Shown: positions 58,621 through 64,000 of the stretch, piece by piece
Position numbering within the stretch: position 1 is the stretch's first letter
Layout of the letters: the number at the start of each line of letters is the position of its first letter
Source of the DNA: Eledone cirrhosa
Taxonomy: Eukaryota
Assembly (NCBI GenBank): GCA_964016885.1
Contig: OZ024742.1
Location: forward strand, 13,578,001 to 13,642,000
Length of the DNA stretch: 64,000 bases
Direction: 5' to 3'
The notes under the pieces: generated by a model
The model's input: only the letters and a program-made list of their open reading frames with translations
Database searches by the model: none
What the model was told of the DNA's origin: nothing
Position numbers and translations under genes: made by a program

Positions 58621-58671
<51 letters not shown>

Positions 58672-58675
<4 letters not shown>

Positions 58676-59630
58676 AAATAACTTTTTAGACGTAACATTA
58701 AACCTTAATACTGGGCTATACTATCCATTCCATAAAATTAATGAGAACTTAAACTATGTTAGTTTCAACTCTAATCATCCTAGATCCATTAAGAACACTA
58801 TCGTAAATTCTGTACAACAACGTATTTCTCGAATCTCAGCGAATAAAAATATATTTGAAGATAAGACACAATATTATAACGAAGCTTTAACTAGAGCAGG
58901 CTATATAAATAAAATTAAATACATCGACAATAATGATAAGGCAATTAACCATAATATTAACCATTATATTAATTATAATTATAATAAGAAACCTAGCATA
59001 AACTCTAAAACTAACAGAAGAAATAGAACTAGAAACATAATCTGGTATGCTCCTCTATTTTCACTAAGTTTTAAAACACCTTTAGCTAAACTATTTTTTA
59101 AAGCTCTTGATAAATGTTTTTCCAGAGCCCATATATATTATTCAATCTTTAACAGACATACAATTAAACTATCTTACTCTACTACTATGAACCTAGCACA
59201 AAATATAAATAGAATCAATAATAGAAATCTAAACCTTAACCAGAATAGCAATAATACATCTAGCAATATCCAATATAATAATACTGTTCCGAATAATATA
59301 AACTCTGATAAATGTAATTGTTTTTAACTATGTTGGCTCAACTTCTACAGACTTTAAATCTCGTTTCAATAACCATAAATGTTCGTTTAATATTATTGGT
59401 AAAAAATCTTCAACTTCTCTATCCAACTTGATATGGAACTTAAAATCTAAAAGTAGAGACTATTCTTTATCTTGGAATATAATTTCAAAAACACAGCTTT
59501 ATCCAAATTTTGCAATTTGTGTGTTGAAGAAATTTTCTTCATACTTATGAACTCCATTAATTTACGTAACAATTTATTTAGTTCTTGTAAACATCGCCAA
59601 AACTCAACTTTTACATCTATATATAAAATA
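58672..59630 (+). mobile_element. PLE (Naiad-like) fragment: RT thumb and linker plus internally deleted GIY-YIG
   Basis: Manual translation: INFLDVTLNLNTG..NSNHPRSI..YYNEAL..IIWYAP..IFNRHTIKLSYS..KCNC / YVGSTSTDFKSRFNNH..CNLCVEE..CKH. Not in the ORF track. Confidence 0.85.
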
Positions 59631-60245
59631 TAATTACACGTTTAATCTTCTCTACATAATGTTTACTTTATCCAAACAACTATAATCTCATTTCTTAAAT
59701 GATATGCATATATGTTCATAAATTCTAAATCTTTAAATTTAAATTTAATGTAATTCTAATTTTAATATATTTTACTTCTTAAATATATATAATTTACTTC
59801 TTAAATCTTTACTTTTTAATATTTTTACTTCTTAAATATCTTTATTTCTCTTACTTCCAAAATATCTCTTAATCTTTTTTAAAAAATTACTTAAAACGTT
59901 TTTTAAAATTACTTATTTCCCCAAAAAACTATTTTTGGGGTCACCTTAATATTTTTTATATATTTTTTAGTATTTTTCTAATATTTTTAAATATTTTTAA
60001 ATATTTTTAAGTATTTTTAAATATTTCTTAATATTTCTTTATATTATTGAATAATTTTAGGTTTTTAATTATATTTCCTGAATAATTTTAGGTTTTTAAT
60101 TAATTTTAAACACTTTTTAAATGTTTTTTAAAAGGTTTTAAAAGGTTTTTGAGTATCTTCGGAGTCTTTTTGAGATCTTTTTAAAAATCCCTTAGAAAGT
60201 TTTTCCAGGAATTTTCAAGAATTTTGTCTAGAATTGTTAATATTT

Positions 60246-61813
60246 TTATACTTTGGGAGGGTCATGTTGCCAATAAGAAACACACGCACCAGTTGCTTTC
60301 ACTTCAATTTAATTTATTAAATATTTATAAATTTACAAATTTATAAATTTCTGGTTGGTTGGTTGGTTCCACAACCAGATAGTTGTTTATATATATATAG
60401 TCATAGTTCTTTCGTCACACACTCTGTGACCTCTTCAGTGACTGGGGATTTCTTTCTTCGTTTCTGTGCCTTTCCTATCTTCTATCCTACGCCATTTTGT
60501 TTGTGTGTGGGTTGCGTGCTCAGTTTGCGCATGCGCCACATCCGGGTGTCTGTGTGTGTTTGTGTTCATTTTTCTATTTTTCTATTTATATTTTTCTCTT
60601 TGTTTGTTTATTTATTTATTTATTTATTGTTGGTTGGTTGTTTGTTCTATGTGTGTGTGTGTTTTCATTTTGTCTTGTGTGTGTTTTCATTTTGTGTGTG
60701 TTTTCAATTGTAAGTTGTTCTATGTGTGTGTGTGTTTTCATTTTGTCCTTAATTGTAAGTTGTGATGTTGCTGTTCCACTCATATTTTCTATTTAATTTT
60801 GGTTTTAATTCTTTTATGCTTACTGCCTCTGTAATTTGCCTAAACATTGCGTCTTTCTTGTGTGTGGATTCTATTTTTATTTCTATGCTCTCTAATTTAC
60901 CCCTGTGTTCTATCTTAGCATGTTGGTAGAGCACAGATGATTCTTTATTATCTTGGAGGTCTCGCCAGTGTTCATTTATTCGTTCCCCTATACTACGAGC
61001 TGTCTCACCTATGTACACTACATTTTTGTTTCTACATTGTCCTTCAGTACATCTTATGCTATATACTACATTTCTAGTTTTACAGTTAATATGGGGGCTT
61101 ATTTTACAGGTTATACATTTCTTATCTATACATGAGGGTCTTTGGAACGGGTATGTCTTGCTAATAAGTGTTTTTACGGAGGTACCAGGTCTTTCTACTA
61201 TCTTAATATTGAGATTATGTTTCTTTAGGGCCCTTCTAAATTTGTAGGCTAGTTCGCCTCTAGGGGTTGTATTGATGAACATTACACTCTGGTATTTATT
61301 GCTATCATACCATGAGTTTATTCTATTGGCCTTGTTCTTAGTTCTTTCTATTCTATTCCAAAATTTGCTCCTATACAAGGGGCAGGTCCCATTTATGTCA
61401 TTATTTACCATTTTTTCCCATTTGGTTCTGGCTCCTTTATACACTCTGATTCTATCTCTCTGATTGTAGCCAGAGAACTGCATACGGTGGATGAAGTGTT
61501 GTACGTGTCTCTTTAGTTCTTCGGGGTTGCACATGCGGGACACATTTCTCATCACCCGTACCAAATCCGCAATCAGTATGTTGATTTTGGTATGGTCCGA
61601 AATGGCCGAGTTTCGGTGGATCAGATGTTTGGAAGTCATGGGTTTGGCATAATGGGAATGGAGGATTTGTTTTTGGTTGTTAATAGTATCTAACCAGAGC
61701 TCTGTGTCTAGTACAGGTAATCGATGGTTGGGGTGTCTACTTGGGTAGTCTATAGTAACTCTAATGCTCTTATGGATGGAGTTTGCTATTTGCTGGATGC
61801 TCCCAAAGTATAA
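60246..61813 (-). mobile_element. 5'-truncated PLE (Neptune-like) with 3' UTR/pLTR
   Basis: Contains ORF 60749..61831. Bounded by the 14-bp inverted repeat TTATACTTTGGGAG (60246-60259) / CTCCCAAAGTATAA (61800-61813). Confidence 0.8.
60749..61799 (-). pseudogene. PLE RT C-terminus and GIY-YIG endonuclease (uninterrupted but 5'-truncated)
   Basis: LPVLDTELW, YAKP..HRNSA, C..KKCITC..C linker, VVYSIRC...VYIGETARSIGERINEH, RQITEAVSI, LNRKYEW. Confidence 0.92.
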
Positions 61814-62671
61814 CAATATCGGTTTCAACACACGATTTCAGATAAAGAATCTTGCTAAACAAATTCAGAAACGAAATGTTAATATTTTATAATCTTAATT
61901 TTTAAATGGTTTTAGTATTTTCTTATACTTTTAATTATTTTTTTTATTTTTTGTAATTTATTGTAATTATTTAATATTAGAGTTGTAACCAATAGCTAAC
62001 TCTAACTAAATATATCTTTAAACATATCTTTGTCAAAATTATCTCATAATAACTCATAAATAAACAAAACTGGGACTTTCAATATTTTTCCAAAATATTA
62101 AAACATATAAGTAATCTTATTGACTCAGTTAATTTAATTTAATTTAATTTAAATACTTAAACTAGTATCCCTCATAATTTATCATCTATAACATGATATA
62201 CCCATCTATCCCCTCATATATCTATCCTTATATCTACATTTTATCCTATGCTTCTACTTCATATTTATTTAAATCTATTTTTAATATATTTTAATATATT
62301 TTGATATATTTTGATATATTTTAATATATTTTAATATATCTTTATTTTTAATATATCTTTATTTTTTCTATATATCTAATTTTCTATATACTTATAATAG
62401 TAAATAAATATTTATTATAATAGAATTCTAACAATTATTAGTAAATATATGTAACATAAATATGTAACATAAACATAAGACTTATTTACGTTATATGAAC
62501 TCATCCTCGCATAACCTTCTTTCTTCGCTCTTTCTTCACTTTATTTCTTCACTCTACTTCTATATATACTAATATTTTTTTCTTTTCTTTTCTCTCTCTT
62601 CTTTTTTTCTCTATCTTCTTCGCACAGCCTAATTTAAATAAACGGTTGTTTTTAACTATGTTGAATTTCCA

Positions 62672-63074
62672 TATATTTGTTGAATTTCCAACAAATTAAA
62701 TATCCCTTCTACTTATGTATATATGTATGTATGTAAAAGGTAAACAACACAATCGGTACAATATATGGAAGGGATATATTAGGTTAACGCTTAATATAAC
62801 AGGAAGAGGGTCTTAACTTTTCGGACGCTAGTCCTTCATTAGAAGAAAGAAGGAGAAATAAGATAGATTGAGGGAACCGGTGGGTTGGAATTGGAATATA
62901 TATATATATTTATATATACATATATATTATAAACAAGAAAAACGGTTTCACTTGTACATCCCTACGTTTTTCATGTTCATTATTATAATAAAACTCCGGA
63001 TGAACAAAAATCTTGGCGTGCTTTACCTTAAGAAAAAGTCTGCAGATGTTCAATCAACCAACTTTCTTCAATTG

Positions 63075-63124
<50 letters not shown>

Positions 63125-63289
63125 AAGGACTAGCGTCCGAAACGTTAAGACCCTCTTCTGCTATATTAAGCATTAACCTGATATATCCCTTCCATATATT
63201 GAACCGATTGTGTTGTTTACCTTTTACATACATATATATATATATATAAGTAGAGGGATATTTAATTTGTTCGGAATTCAACAAATATA
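62672..63289. repeat. Diverged inverted repeat (62672-62839 / 63122-63289) with minimal hammerhead remnants (62811-62846 minus; 63121-63150 plus)
   Basis: Plus copy GATGA-AGGAC(TAGC)GTCC-GAAA-CG-TT-AAGA is 5'-clipped by (TA)n. The mirror copy has TCTT-CTAATGA. Confidence 0.8.
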
Positions 63290-63383
63290 AATGTTTATAA
63301 CTGATTCAGAGCACTCGACAGTTTTATGGAATAAATATTCAATGATATTAAATAAATGTAAACTATATTTATAAAACCATATT

Positions 63384-63445
63384 TATTCTATTATATATAT
63401 TTCAAGGGTACCAAAAACTTTGGTACGCTTTCATCAGATAAAATA
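63384..63445 (-). ncRNA. Type I hammerhead ribozyme motif (F1)
   Basis: Reverse complement: TATTTTAT-CTGATGA-AAGCGTACCAAA(GTT)TTTGGTACCCTT-GAAA-TATATA-TA-ATAGAATA. Confidence 0.8.
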
Positions 63446-63605
63446 CAAAGTGTGTTTTATAAATGTGTGTGTGTGTGCGTTGTTGTTATTTATGTGTGTA
63501 ACTACAGTGACAATTGAATGCCGTTCGAAGAGGACCGTCTCTTGTATTCCTGATTTAAGCTGGCTGTTGTGTGCAGAGTGTAAATAGAGTAAAACTAACT
63601 TCGAT

Positions 63606-63729
<124 letters not shown>

Positions 63730-63783
63730 AATTCGTCTCTGGCGGAGATCACTTAAGAAAATCCTTTTCTTCCAAACGAGTTT

Positions 63784-63863
63784 GTTTCCTGATGAGTTCG
63801 AAGCTCGAGATTTTATCCTTAATAGGATATTTCCAAACGCGAACGAAACCCTAGGGTAGAAAC
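63784..63863 (+). ncRNA. Type I hammerhead ribozyme motif, intact
   Basis: GTTTC-CTGATGA-GTTCG...CGAAC-GAAA-CCCTAGGG-TA-GAAAC. Perfect stem I, 5-bp stem II base, palindromic stem III and GUA site. Confidence 0.88.
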
Positions 63864-64000
63864 GTAATCCTGGTATGTGTATATGCATTTCTTCTAATTT
63901 TAATTTTATACCAAATTGTGTATGGTTGACGGTATATTTAATCGATGTACACGTGGTGTTGAGATGTGGGGTAAACGTTCTATGGCGGTTGGCCGCGAAG

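Overview
This is AT-rich, microsatellite-dense animal genomic DNA. The SINE, LINE and Penelope repertoire suggests a mollusc, probably a cephalopod such as octopus (inference). I can support no host protein-coding gene. Positions 1-13140 are a 36-bp tandem satellite with an internal inversion and a ~2.6-kb higher-order duplication. The remainder is mostly decayed mobile DNA, much of it embedded in (TA)n tracts: a CR1/L2-group LINE, RTE LINEs (one fused in frame to a Tx1/L1 endonuclease), CRE fragments, three Penelope-like element (PLE) ORF remnants, two Helitron-like elements, a hAT transposase relic and many tRNA-derived SINEs. The main hidden signal is about 19 type I hammerhead-ribozyme (HHR) motifs on both strands, about 10 with intact cores. 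Most have palindromic minimal stem III, many have extended stem II, and several unrelated families share a C-C mismatch in stem II. Many lie inside fold-back palindromes. All alignments and pairings were done by eye, and element boundaries are approximate.
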